From positions 1 to 64,000 of the forward strand of contig JBLFWS010000001.1 of assembly GCA_047611865.1 (NCBI GenBank): 64,000 nt of DNA, written 5' to 3'. The DNA is from Chlamydiales bacterium (lineage in GTDB: Bacteria > Chlamydiota > Chlamydiia > Chlamydiales > JBDQID01). Numbering within the stretch: the stretch's first letter is position 1; each line of letters starts with the position of its first letter. The position numbers were made by a program, and so were the translations under genes. The notes under the pieces were generated by a model, which was not told the origin of the DNA, searched no databases, and saw nothing but the letters and a program-made list of their open reading frames with translations. Positions 9,297 through 19,380 of this stretch are shown piece after piece.

Positions 9297-10961
9297 TTAT
9301 TCGACTTCTAAAAGGTCCAAGAAAGCTTTCAATTGCTTGGAGCGGGTAGGGTGTCGCATCTTACGAAGAGCTTTCGCTTCGATTTGACGAATCCGCTCAC
9401 GTGTAACATTAAATTCCATTCCCACTTCTTCCAGAGTCTTAGGCTTTCCATCCAGCAATCCAAACCGCTGTATAAGAACAGTACGTTCTCGATCTGACAA
9501 AGTCGTAAGTACTTCGTTCATTTTGTCTTTAAGAATAGTATAGCCCGTAGCTTCTGCAGGAGATTCTACTGAGGTATCTTCGAGGAAATCACCGAACTGA
9601 CTCTCTCCACCATCACCAACTTCAGCCTGTAAGGAAATTGGATGCTGAGCGATCTTATAAATTTCTCTAACACGCTCAGCTGTAAGTCCCAGTTCATTAG
9701 CAAGTTCTTCTGGTGTAGGTTCCCGTCCTGTTTCCATCATAAGTTTCTTCGCGGCGCGTAAGACTCTATTAATAGTTTCAATCATGTGAACAGGAATACG
9801 GATGGTACGAGCCTGATCTGCTATAGCGCGTGTTACAGCTTGGCGAATCCACCACGTAGCATATGTAGAAAATTTGTAGCCTCGGCGATACTCAAATTTC
9901 TCAACAGCCTTCATCAAACCCATATTCCCTTCTTGGATTAGATCTAGGAAAGATAGACCTCGATTCGTATATTTTTTCGCGATAGAGATAACGAGACGCA
10001 GGTTAGATTCCACCATTTCTCTTTTAGCCTCTTGGCTCTTATCCATCCAACGATGTAACATTCGAACATCTTTTTTGAACTCATCAAGAGTTCTTCCTGC
10101 TGCTACTTCGCGCTTACTGAGTTTTCGGTTAGCCGCGTCCATTTTTGCTGCTGCAAATTTATTGCGTTCAGCTCGAGGTCTAAGTTCTATGACTTCTTTT
10201 TCCAACTCAAGGAATCTGTCATAGCCACGTAGAATGACCTCGCCGAAATCTTCGATAATATTAGCTCGGCAATGAAAGCGCCTTAGATAAGATTGAGTTC
10301 GAATTCGACACTTTTCTATATCTTCATTAATTTTGACACGGTCAATTTTTTTTAGTTTCGGATACTGTAGATCCTCAAGATGCTTTTGCAGATTTCCGTC
10401 TTCTTCAATAAGAAGGCTACAGAGTCGAGGAAGGACTCTTTGGTATTCAGTTTTATCTGTAACTTCTTTTTCTGAGATAACTTTATCGAAGCGGTCTTTT
10501 CCTGCTATAAGGAAATTGGCAATAGATATAGCTTCTTTTGTCGAATAGCGAAAACGCATAATAATTCTTTCTATTTGCCACTGAGCTTTCTCAATACGCT
10601 TCGAAATTTCAACTTCTTCCTCACGTGTCAAGAGGGGGACAGACCCCATCTCTTTGAGGTACATACGGACGGGATCATCAGGAGTCCCTTCCGAACGCTT
10701 AGGTAATCCTTCTAATTCTTTGGCTTCTTTTTTACGTTCCTTTTGCCGGTCTACTTCAGACTGGTTTAGTACTTGAATATCCATTCCGCTGAGGAAGATC
10801 AACACTTGATCGATCTGTTCGGGAGAATCAAAATTCATCGGAAGGATTTCGTTGATTTCCTCGTAAGTGATATAACCTTGCTCTTTAGAAATCGCTACCA
10901 ACTCTTCTACTTTCTGTTGATGTTGCTGACTAAATGCGCTACTAAAACCAGAATTGCTCAT
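9297..10961 (-). CDS. rpoD: primary RNA polymerase sigma factor (sigma66/RpoD)
   Basis: Region 1.1 ([12 protein letters not shown]), [54 protein letters not shown]. Confidence 0.97.
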   Translation of the reverse strand: MSNSGFSSAFSQQHQQKVEELVAISKEQGYITYEEINEILPMNFDSPEQIDQVLIFLSGMDIQVLNQSEVDRQKERKKEAKELEGLPKRSEGTPDDPVRMYLKEMGSVPLLTREEEVEISKRIEKAQWQIERIIMRFRYSTKEAISIANFLIAGKDRFDKVISEKEVTDKTEYQRVLPRLCSLLIEEDGNLQKHLEDLQYPKLKKIDRVKINEDIEKCRIRTQSYLRRFHCRANIIEDFGEVILRGYDRFLELEKEVIELRPRAERNKFAAAKMDAANRKLSKREVAAGRTLDEFKKDVRMLHRWMDKSQEAKREMVESNLRLVISIAKKYTNRGLSFLDLIQEGNMGLMKAVEKFEYRRGYKFSTYATWWIRQAVTRAIADQARTIRIPVHMIETINRVLRAAKKLMMETGREPTPEELANELGLTAERVREIYKIAQHPISLQAEVGDGGESQFGDFLEDTSVESPAEATGYTILKDKMNEVLTTLSDRERTVLIQRFGLLDGKPKTLEEVGMEFNVTRERIRQIEAKALRKMRHPTRSKQLKAFLDLLEVE

Positions 10962-11366
10962 GCTCTACCAAGGTAATTAATGTGAAGGGATCAAAAAAAG
11001 GTTTTTCAAAATTCTTTCTCTAGGACGCACGCAAAGAAATTTTTTTATCTCTCTATTATCTAAGATGGAGTACCCCAAGGTTTCTAGCTTCGCCACTTTG
11101 CTGCCCCTATGGAGGGTCAAATAGCAATAGCTGTGCCGGAGAAAATTTTGCAATAAAATGCTGCAATATCTCGATGTTTTTGTCAAGAGTAAGACGATAA
11201 GTAAGTTATAGATAATAGAATAACATAGCCTCACTCTTCCAAGTCCCACTAAACGTTACTTTGTAAAAGAGATGGAATTTTATCTCAAGATTTTAGTAAT
11301 ATTTTTTTGTTTAGTCTTCAAAAGCTAACTATATATCAATAACTATTTCAATCCTCTCCATTCCTT

Positions 11367-12254
11367 ATGCAAATTACCTCCTTAGACAAGAAAGGCAAGC
11401 TCATATTTGCTTCTCGAGCCATTAGACACCACGATTATATTTGTATCGAATGTGGAAAAATCGTTCGCTTACGTGGGGGAATACATCGCCAAAAGCACTT
11501 CTTTCACCTTTCTCCCAGCAAGCATTGCCGGCAAAATGGTAAAGGAATGACTCATTTGAGGATTCAAGAATATCTCTTTTCTCTATTTGGCCCTGAAAAT
11601 TGCGGAATGGAAGCTCGCTTTAGCAATATCAATCGAATCGCAGATCTAGTTTGGTGGAAGGAAAAGCTTGTCTTTGAAATTCAGTACTCTCCCATTAGCG
11701 CTTCTGAAGTTGAAGAAAGAAATAAAGATTACGCCAGTGAAGGATTCCAGGTGATTTGGATTTTACATGATAAGAACTTTAACCAGTGTCGCCTCAGTGC
11801 TGCAGAGATCTTTTTACGAAACGCTCCATATTACTTTAGCAATATCGACATCAATGGCCGAGGTTATATCTATGATCAATTTGATATTTTCCATAATGGC
11901 CTAAGGCTTTTTCAGTCTGAAGCCATCAATATTACTCCAACTACTCCTAAAAAGATTAACTACGACACTAAACAATATCCCCTACCGATATTTATTAAAA
12001 ACCGTCTTACCCATTGGCCCATTCATTTTTCTGAAGACATCCTCTCAAAATTTCTCTCCGCACAGGAAAAGCCTCACCATGTTAAAATATTAACATATAT
12101 TGACCAGTCGGAAAAACAGTTCAAAGAAAAACATCTGCCCATTCCGGAAAAAATTACCCCTTTTTATCTATTTAGTCTTCTTTATGGAAAAATCCTCAAA
12201 AGACCATTCATCATTCTTTTCCGATTTCTCCTGGAAAGAGCTTGCCGGTCCTAG
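11367..12254 (+). CDS. CoiA-like competence protein (Zn finger plus PD-(D/E)xK nuclease-like)
   Basis: CIECGK..RLRGG..RQKHFFH...C; RIADLVW...LVFEIQYS; Y..EGFQVIWI. Confidence 0.75.
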   Translation: MQITSLDKKGKLIFASRAIRHHDYICIECGKIVRLRGGIHRQKHFFHLSPSKHCRQNGKGMTHLRIQEYLFSLFGPENCGMEARFSNINRIADLVWWKEKLVFEIQYSPISASEVEERNKDYASEGFQVIWILHDKNFNQCRLSAAEIFLRNAPYYFSNIDINGRGYIYDQFDIFHNGLRLFQSEAINITPTTPKKINYDTKQYPLPIFIKNRLTHWPIHFSEDILSKFLSAQEKPHHVKILTYIDQSEKQFKEKHLPIPEKITPFYLFSLLYGKILKRPFIILFRFLLERACRS

Positions 12255-12299
12255 AGCGTTTTTTCTACCCTCAGAATGAAATAAAAATGATCAAGATCT

Positions 12300-14153
12300 T
12301 CAAGCTTCTGCATATTCCTGAAGACACTCAGAATCTAAAACTTCTTGAAGAAATCGACTATACCATGAATTTGTTCGATTACCGTGAGAATCTATATCAT
12401 CCTCATTTTCATGATAATTCTTTGATCCAGGTACAAACTGAATTTCATCACCCAGAGCACATAGCTGTCTGTAAACGCTGTATACCCTCTCTTTAGATTC
12501 AATACTAAAACCCGTTTCATCTACTTCGACTACAGCCAGTTTTTTTTCCAGAAAAAGATCTTCGTTCTCCGTCAAGCTTCGAATTTGTTTTTGTAATTTC
12601 CCCAGTCGAGCGAGTTCTGTAAAATTCTCTGAAATAATTGGAAGCATCGTTTTTTCTCCAATGCCAATCAGTCCATATTGAAAACCCACCTTCATAGCTA
12701 ATCGAGGAAGAACAAATGTGACAGAAGGATCGCAACAATATTCCAAGTCTTCCAATTTAAAAAACTTCTTGGTCAGACATATATATGCCGCCTGCCGCAT
12801 TAACACAATAAACTCATAATGACTACCAGAAGCCCCACTTTCGTAAACTTTTGTATAGGTTAATACATCAGCCCAACTGCCAGCCAAAGCTCTTTCAAAG
12901 AGTATCCAATTCCTATCAAAATCCTCTATTGTCAACGCTATATCATCGTTCTTCTCATCAGAAGAGACTGACCCTCTCAATATTCCTCTTTCTTGCTGAC
13001 TTAATTGATCACGCAAACACTCCAAGCTTGAGCACAAACTTTCCGCGGACCGCCACCGCTTTCCAATATTTGAAGAATTGGCTACTTTTTCATTGATCCC
13101 CTGAGTAATCGCAAGGGCTTTACGCCAGACAATCTCCGGATATTTTTTTTCTAAAACTTCTACTGCTTCATTTATTTCGCCCAAATTTCTTAAGATCCCG
13201 GCCAGATCACTTACGCTTTCAAATTCTACTAACCCATTTTCTTTAGCCAACAAACCCAAAGAGTTAAGAAATCCTATCCGCGCTCTTTTGTCCAAATCCC
13301 CCTTGTGAAACAAAGGAGTAAGCTCTTCAACCCTATGATTTTGTATACATCTCTGAAGATAAAGCTCCTCATATTCTCTCAACCTACTGTCAAACTCCTG
13401 AATCCTCAAGCTCATCTCATTTTTGATAAAGAGAAGCTGCTCTCCTCCATTAACAATATTTTCTTGTTTTTGGATCAGGATGTAACGTAAGTCCTCGAAG
13501 CTCGCTGTAAGCTGACTAGCTTTTTCGTCTACAGGATTGTTAATAAAAGATTGATCGGAAAAATTGGCTACATGGAGAATCCTGTTTAAAGAGGTTGCTT
13601 CTGCCAATAAGCTCTCTGAATATCCTCGCTCTTGAAACAACTTCACTGCTTCCGAATTCCCCAATTTTTTCAAATCTCGAATCTCCATTTGCTCTCTCAA
13701 AACAATCTTCTCTTCTAAAATCAGTTTTTCTAAAGCCAATAGAAATTCCAGCCTCTCACTTTGTTTCGATAAACTCGCTAGAAATAACGGCGCAAATCGC
13801 TGCTCCCTCCGTTTCCGAAAATAATTCCGAAGCAAGCTGCTACAACACCACGCTCCCGAAGGTGAAGATCTAACAACACTCCCGGTAAAAATATCTCTAT
13901 TAGAGATGGGAAGAATTGAAGCACTCGAATGATATCCCGACGCAGGCTTCCTACGCTTACAACAAAAAACCCTAGAGAAGCATTGACTACACTTCATATA
14001 AACCGACTCGTCTAAGGGAACTCTTGAGCTAGCCTCTTCTGCTAAAAGGGGAGGGGTAGTTTCGTCAACACTGGATTCTTCGTATAACAATTGCGCAAAC
14101 CCAGTATTTTGGCTCATTCCTCTTAGACCTACGGTAGAATTAGCAAATGACAT
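12300..14153 (-). CDS. hypothetical helical protein with an internal duplication; candidate secreted effector
   Basis: 617-aa ORF with GAGGG RBS, Ser/Thr-rich N-terminus, Cys clusters and two similar ~165-aa helical units. Confidence 0.65.
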   Translation of the reverse strand: MSFANSTVGLRGMSQNTGFAQLLYEESSVDETTPPLLAEEASSRVPLDESVYMKCSQCFSRVFCCKRRKPASGYHSSASILPISNRDIFTGSVVRSSPSGAWCCSSLLRNYFRKRREQRFAPLFLASLSKQSERLEFLLALEKLILEEKIVLREQMEIRDLKKLGNSEAVKLFQERGYSESLLAEATSLNRILHVANFSDQSFINNPVDEKASQLTASFEDLRYILIQKQENIVNGGEQLLFIKNEMSLRIQEFDSRLREYEELYLQRCIQNHRVEELTPLFHKGDLDKRARIGFLNSLGLLAKENGLVEFESVSDLAGILRNLGEINEAVEVLEKKYPEIVWRKALAITQGINEKVANSSNIGKRWRSAESLCSSLECLRDQLSQQERGILRGSVSSDEKNDDIALTIEDFDRNWILFERALAGSWADVLTYTKVYESGASGSHYEFIVLMRQAAYICLTKKFFKLEDLEYCCDPSVTFVLPRLAMKVGFQYGLIGIGEKTMLPIISENFTELARLGKLQKQIRSLTENEDLFLEKKLAVVEVDETGFSIESKERVYSVYRQLCALGDEIQFVPGSKNYHENEDDIDSHGNRTNSWYSRFLQEVLDSECLQEYAEA

Positions 14154-14353
14154 CCCTCAAACTCCAAATGTAATGAAAAATAACCCAAAAATATGTTCCA
14201 TAATAGTTATATTTGTCAATATAGCGGCGATTCAACTAAGCTTTTTAAACTAGGGTACAACCTTATTATCCGCATCAATCCACTATTACTTTTTTGCGTA
14301 CACCTACTAATATATTTCATTTATTAAATAGCTGTCGCTTTTGGCTACTTATT

Positions 14354-14563
14354 GGCGTTGTTGCATAAAACATGCGTCTACAAGAGGCTTATGATTAACA
14401 TTTTACCACCGAGATCACAGAGGGCACAGAGAAAATAAAAAATCACAGATCAGTTGATAGCATATTCTGAGAGACTTTATATATTTTTCTATCTCTCTGT
14501 GTTCTCGGTGCTTTCGGTGGTTAAATAAATGATCGTAAACGTATTAAGTTATGCAACAACGCC
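14354..14563. mobile_element. MITE copy 1 (210 bp), IS5-family IS903-group-like TIRs
   Basis: TIRs GGCGTTGTTGCATAA / TTATGCAACAACGCC; flanks CTACTTATT and CTACCTATT (9-bp TSD, 1 mismatch); near-identical inverted copy at 38175-38384. Confidence 0.9.
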
Positions 14564-14575
14564 CTACCTATTTCG

Positions 14576-14722
14576 AAATAAGTTCAAAAATTGGGATTCT
14601 AACAAAGAGATTTTTTGCTCGATACAGAGTAACAATTAAAACCGACTTGGACAAGTTTACGGAATTGAGCGCAAATTCAGGCGAAAAAAGATCAATTCAA
14701 AAACTAATTTTTGAATTTGTTT
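14576..14722. repeat. degenerate palindromic element abutting MITE copy 1
   Basis: AAATAAGTTCAAAAATTGG (14576-14594) matches the reverse complement of CTAATTTTTGAATTTGTTT (14704-14722) at 16/19; weaker inner complementarity. Confidence 0.5.
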
Positions 14723-14914
14723 AGGTATACTATGATAACTTAGTGATTTATACAGACTTATGAAATTGGTCGAGTATCCACCAAGTTTTGAAGTGGTCTC
14801 CCTCAATATACCGAGGGAGACACTACTAAAAACCCTCTGGACACCTTAATCCTTTTGTAAAACCCTACACACTCAAAGCACAGCTTTACATCAAGATCGG
14901 CCCTCCACGGGGTT

Positions 14915-16291
14915 TTAATGAATTATCTCTTTTGCATAGTCTTTTAAAGCCGTCTTCACAATATCTGACATTTCAACTTTGCAGGGGCAGACGAAGGTTG
15001 GTAAAGCAAAATCTTCACTATCCACCTCAAGTATCCCCAATTCTTCTGCCAAGTCGAAATCGTTTGCTAAAATAGCTTTCACAAGGTGCATAGTTGAAAT
15101 TTGCAAAGGCATCACCTTGTCATAGATTCTACCATCTATAAAAGCTCTTTCTTCACCATGCTGATTTGTAGTGAAATCATACTCTTTACTATTGCTATTC
15201 AGGAAACCAGATAGATAGGTCCTCGAAGCAGAGAACTTTCCTAATCCCAAACGGAAAAAATGAAGAAATTCTCTTTGATTATTTTCCAAAATCGAACAAA
15301 AAGTATTGTGCTGATAGCCCAAGGAACCTTCAACCTCTACTTTATCTCCCGTCAAAAGGTTTCCCGATACGTGGCGAAGAATCCCCTGGGTATTCCGAGA
15401 TTCAATCAGTTTTTCCACAGGGTACCCCGCCCGTGCTCTATAGTATCCACGCATTTCAGGGAGTATCCCTGTCCCAGCAACACTAATTACCCGATCTATA
15501 TGCACCCTTCCTGTTGTCAGAAGAACACCTATACAAACAACATCATAAGCTGTCACAGTCCAAACGACTTCATTGTTTTTTTCAATCGGGTCAATATGAT
15601 GAATATGTACGGAATGATTTGCTACAGGATGAGGACCTTCTGCTGTATGTTTCTCAACATTTGCAGCATTAGTAAAGGCTTCACAGCTTGTCCCCTTTCG
15701 ATAAACCAGGTGAACTGCCCCAGTCGTAAGCTTCGAAAGAGCAAGCAAGCCCGCTTGAAATTCTTTTTCATAACCTTTAATCTGCAGTTCAGCAGAAGGA
15801 GCAAAGGGTGCAGACTCTAATGCTTTAACAAAGATTCTGCTGGGGGTATGATGAGGATTTGCAAGGATGCTACATGGACGCATACGAATATTTGCAAATA
15901 TGCCTCCTTGCAATAATTTTGCGATAATACCCTCTCTGTCTGCAGTCTGGATATTTATGCCACCGAGTTCTTCATATTCTTCTTTCTTTTCAAGTTCTAT
16001 TACAACTTCCAGAACACGTCGCTTTAAACCTCGCCTTGTTTCTTTAATCAACCCACTCCCTGGCGAAACAAACATTCTTTCAGGCACTGCCTTATCTTGC
16101 GCAATGGGTTGCCCTATGCGAACAGTGTCTCCTCGCTTAGCTAGCATCCGAAATTTCGTATCATCAAAAGAGCTCAGGTTTAAAGAAACCCAAGGGGGTT
16201 TATCCAGAGGACATACTTCACCACTTGGCTTGCCCTTTATAGGAATATCAAGTCCATTTTTTATTTTTATGTGTGCCATAGCTCCCCTCAA
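14915..16291 (-). CDS. nqrA: Na(+)-translocating NADH:quinone reductase subunit A
   Basis: IKIKNGLDIPIKGKP, FVSPGSG, GPHP, C-terminal LGILEVDSEDFALPTFVCPCK; probable start is MAHIKI. Confidence 0.95.
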   Translation of the reverse strand: MRGAMAHIKIKNGLDIPIKGKPSGEVCPLDKPPWVSLNLSSFDDTKFRMLAKRGDTVRIGQPIAQDKAVPERMFVSPGSGLIKETRRGLKRRVLEVVIELEKKEEYEELGGINIQTADREGIIAKLLQGGIFANIRMRPCSILANPHHTPSRIFVKALESAPFAPSAELQIKGYEKEFQAGLLALSKLTTGAVHLVYRKGTSCEAFTNAANVEKHTAEGPHPVANHSVHIHHIDPIEKNNEVVWTVTAYDVVCIGVLLTTGRVHIDRVISVAGTGILPEMRGYYRARAGYPVEKLIESRNTQGILRHVSGNLLTGDKVEVEGSLGYQHNTFCSILENNQREFLHFFRLGLGKFSASRTYLSGFLNSNSKEYDFTTNQHGEERAFIDGRIYDKVMPLQISTMHLVKAILANDFDLAEELGILEVDSEDFALPTFVCPCKVEMSDIVKTALKDYAKEIIH

Positions 16292-16388
16292 AAATTAAAC
16301 ACCTAGCCAAGGTTCGTTTTCAAAAATTCGATAAAACTTTCCGACTTACGTTAATAAATAAAAGAGTTTTTAAGCAAGCCCCCAATCC

Positions 16389-17570
16389 CTAGCTTACAGC
16401 TTGAGTTACCGCTTTGATCCGATCAATAATTACGGGTAATTCTTCAATAAGTTGTTTTGCCCTACAATCCCAAGTATACTCACGCATAACTTTTTCACGA
16501 CCCTGCTCTACAAAATGTCTTCTTCGCTCATCATTTCCTACGAATTCATTAACTGTCCCATTAATCTTGTCACTATCCCAGTGTTGATATATCAACACTC
16601 CTTCCGCTTCCTGAAATTGACTACTGTTAAAAAGAGTGTCATCGGTAACCACTGCCGCTCCTGCAGCCAGACCGTAAAAAAGCCTCTCGTGTGAACCGTA
16701 TTTAAAAAAAGGAACACTGCTAAGTAATACTTTACTCTCTCTCATAATTTCCATAGTCTTTTCAAAAGGAACAGAATCATGGATTGTCACGTTCTTCTGA
16801 CCCTCAAGATAGTACTCCCAACCTCTTGCCCCTATGGTTCTTCCAAAGACATGGACCGGGGCATCTTTTATAGACTTTATCATATCAGCACGCCCCTTAC
16901 CCTTAATGTAGCGTTCTACTTCTCGGCAAAGCTGGGTTACTTCTACCTCATCGGGAGTAATTTTAGCGCTTTCTAGTTCTTTTAGAAGGGTCAGAAAATA
17001 AGGGCTTCTATCATCGGAAAAAACCTTGTCTACGGTTGTACGAATCACCTCAATCACTTGAGGAGAATATGCCTCCTCCCACTTGGAATTTATCTCCTCA
17101 TAATCAATACAAGTCCCCAACATCGTGACATCATATTTTTTCTCACTTTCTTCCCCTCGCTGAAAATCTGCTTCTACACCATGTGGAAAGAAAAAGGCGT
17201 TCTCAAAGCCTCCGGACTTTAGGAATTCACTGAAAAACATTTCTACACAAGTGATAATAGAGTAAGGGCTCTGCAAAAGGTAGAGGGTCTCCAAAGAAGC
17301 ATCCACCAAGAGATTAACATGGGGTGTTTTTAGATGATCGCAGAACAGACGTCCATCATGAAGTGGTAAAATCGGGTTAAATGTACATGTGCAATCAGGC
17401 TTTTCTTTTTTTACAATTTCCATTACTGAAAATACATCTTGCTCTTCGAAATCAAAGATTTCACATTGTACTCCGTTATTTACCATAGCCTTACACAACT
17501 GATTAGTAAAATGCTGTGTCGCCCCATACTGTCCATCAGGCATAAAAAAAATCATCTTTTTCAACGTCAT
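16389..17570 (-). CDS. CgeB/YkvP-like glycosyltransferase (Glyco_trans_1_2)
   Basis: FFPHGVE, KYDVTMLGT, GSHERLFYGLAAGAAVVT, GREKVMREYTWDCRA. Confidence 0.8.
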   Translation of the reverse strand: MTLKKMIFFMPDGQYGATQHFTNQLCKAMVNNGVQCEIFDFEEQDVFSVMEIVKKEKPDCTCTFNPILPLHDGRLFCDHLKTPHVNLLVDASLETLYLLQSPYSIITCVEMFFSEFLKSGGFENAFFFPHGVEADFQRGEESEKKYDVTMLGTCIDYEEINSKWEEAYSPQVIEVIRTTVDKVFSDDRSPYFLTLLKELESAKITPDEVEVTQLCREVERYIKGKGRADMIKSIKDAPVHVFGRTIGARGWEYYLEGQKNVTIHDSVPFEKTMEIMRESKVLLSSVPFFKYGSHERLFYGLAAGAAVVTDDTLFNSSQFQEAEGVLIYQHWDSDKINGTVNEFVGNDERRRHFVEQGREKVMREYTWDCRAKQLIEELPVIIDRIKAVTQAVS

Positions 17571-17665
17571 TAGCTATTCCCCATTTTTAACTCTAATCTG
17601 AAATTTCACCCGTAGTTTTAGTACACGACCCAAACCATTTTTCCCCAATTATTACTATTATTGAT

Positions 17666-17928
17666 GGCGTTGTTGCATAAATAAACACTGAGCCACTGAG
17701 ATCCGTGAGAAAAAATGAGAAAATTGAGGAACATTTTATACGATTAGCCGTCGGAGTCCATGCTTCAACAATTTTACGTTAAAATTTATCAACAAGCCTC
17801 TACCTCCACCTACATGACAAATTTAGGAAAGCCACAAAGCGAAAAAATAGCTGCATGATCATCTCACTATCTCATACCCTTCTCACTAATCTCAGTGGCT
17901 CCGTGGTGATGAATTGCGCAACAAAGCC
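17666..17928. mobile_element. MITE copy 2 (263 bp), same TIR family with a different interior
   Basis: GGCGTTGTTGCATAA ... TTGCGCAACAAAGCC; perfect 9-bp TSD ATTATTGAT at 17657-17665 and 17929-17937. Confidence 0.9.
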
Positions 17929-18099
17929 ATTATTGATATAGGTTTCAAAAATCAACTTTTACAGGAAATGGCTTTTTTTTGTGACAACTCTATTTCACAA
18001 TCACGAAGAATTCTGTACTAAAGCCCTTGCAGGGAAATTTAAGCACAAGTTAAAAACTAAAAATTAACTATATTTACCCCCTAACAATTTTTATACTCA

Positions 18100-19113
18100 A
18101 TGCAAGCTACTTCACCTTTTCTACTGAAATCAATCCACCGTATTGAATCCTTTGTCGCAAATGACGCCATTATAAAAGCAGACCTCCTTTCCCTTCCCAT
18201 TCGCCGAGCAGTAAACTGCATTAACAGAGCTAAAACAGAAGGAAGTGAAGAAGACCGAGAGCTTCTAACAAGCCGAGAAATTTATGAGTTATTTCTTCAA
18301 TTTAATGAAAAAAGCCAGCTCTCCGGTCGTCAAATAAATACCATCCCCTCCCCAAGCCAGCCTGGTATCACCCAATGGCTTTGGCAAAAAAAGGAAAGCC
18401 TCTATCAATTACTTTCAACCGCCTATAACGAAGTTTATAGCCTTTCTCTACTCTCAATAAGGTATCCCAGAGCATTATTCAACTCTGGCCCAGCTCTCCC
18501 CATGGGTGAAAATAAAAGAAAACAAGCAATTCTCCTTGTACATGGCTACCTACACAACAAGTCAGGATGGTCATTCATAAAATCTGAGCTGCAAAAATCA
18601 GGATTTGGCCCCATTTATACTATTAACCTCACACCCTTACATGGCTCCATTGAAAATTTTTCTGAGCAACTTGCTGAAAAGGTCCTAAGCATTCAGGAAG
18701 AAATCGAAAATAAATCCCTAGTCCTTATTGGACACTCGATGGGAGGCCTAGTCTGTGCCTACTATGCGGAAAACATCGCCAGAGAAAAGCAAGTCTCCCA
18801 CATAATCACCATTGGCTCACCTCTCAGAGGTACCAAATTAGCTGCTTTAGGGATTGGCCACTGCACAAAACAGATGAGATATGGTTCAAAATTCACACAA
18901 AAACTGAATAGACAAATTATAAACAATGAATCCATCAAATATTTTCATATAGCCAGTAAAACCGATAAAATTATTTATCCTTATCTTTCTTCACTTACCA
19001 ACAGGCATCTTGACAGACAGCTATTGCTCAATGGTCATGGACACACCTCCCTAATAACCTGTGCCCCAGAGGTCCCAGAAAACATCATTGGATGGCTCAG
19101 CTCGGACAATTGA
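18100..19113 (+). CDS. alpha/beta hydrolase (lipase/esterase) with N-terminal extension
   Basis: LLVHGY oxyanion motif, GHSMGG nucleophile elbow, ITIGSPLRGT, DKII, GHTSL. Confidence 0.85.
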   Translation: MQATSPFLLKSIHRIESFVANDAIIKADLLSLPIRRAVNCINRAKTEGSEEDRELLTSREIYELFLQFNEKSQLSGRQINTIPSPSQPGITQWLWQKKESLYQLLSTAYNEVYSLSLLSIRYPRALFNSGPALPMGENKRKQAILLVHGYLHNKSGWSFIKSELQKSGFGPIYTINLTPLHGSIENFSEQLAEKVLSIQEEIENKSLVLIGHSMGGLVCAYYAENIAREKQVSHIITIGSPLRGTKLAALGIGHCTKQMRYGSKFTQKLNRQIINNESIKYFHIASKTDKIIYPYLSSLTNRHLDRQLLLNGHGHTSLITCAPEVPENIIGWLSSDN

Positions 19114-19380
19114 GCCTTGCGATACTTGCCAATTTTATTTTAAAAATATCCGAGCCTTTATTTCCCTTGAAACATAAACTTGAAATTCAATTTAAAAAAA
19201 GCTTATGGCTAGAGTTTTCACAGTAGTCTTTTAATTGTACTTTAATAATGAAGCTGATATTCTTTCTAGCCAGTACTGGAGGAGAGAGTGGTCAAAAACC
19301 TTTAGCATTATGCCTTAAAAGTTTTTGGCCCTGAATTCTGAAAATTATGTGGAAAAAACGTCAAAAGATTAAGGTATCAG

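Noticed and set aside
10977..11249. 90-aa ORF upstream of rpoD
   Set aside because: No RBS or recognisable motif; likely the rpoD promoter and leader region
14760..14914. 6S RNA
   Set aside because: I could not find 5'/3' end complementarity forming the closing rod
15260..16298. Long plus-strand ORFs (186 and 143 aa) and similar shadow ORFs elsewhere
   Set aside because: They are antisense to well-supported genes and show no protein-family features
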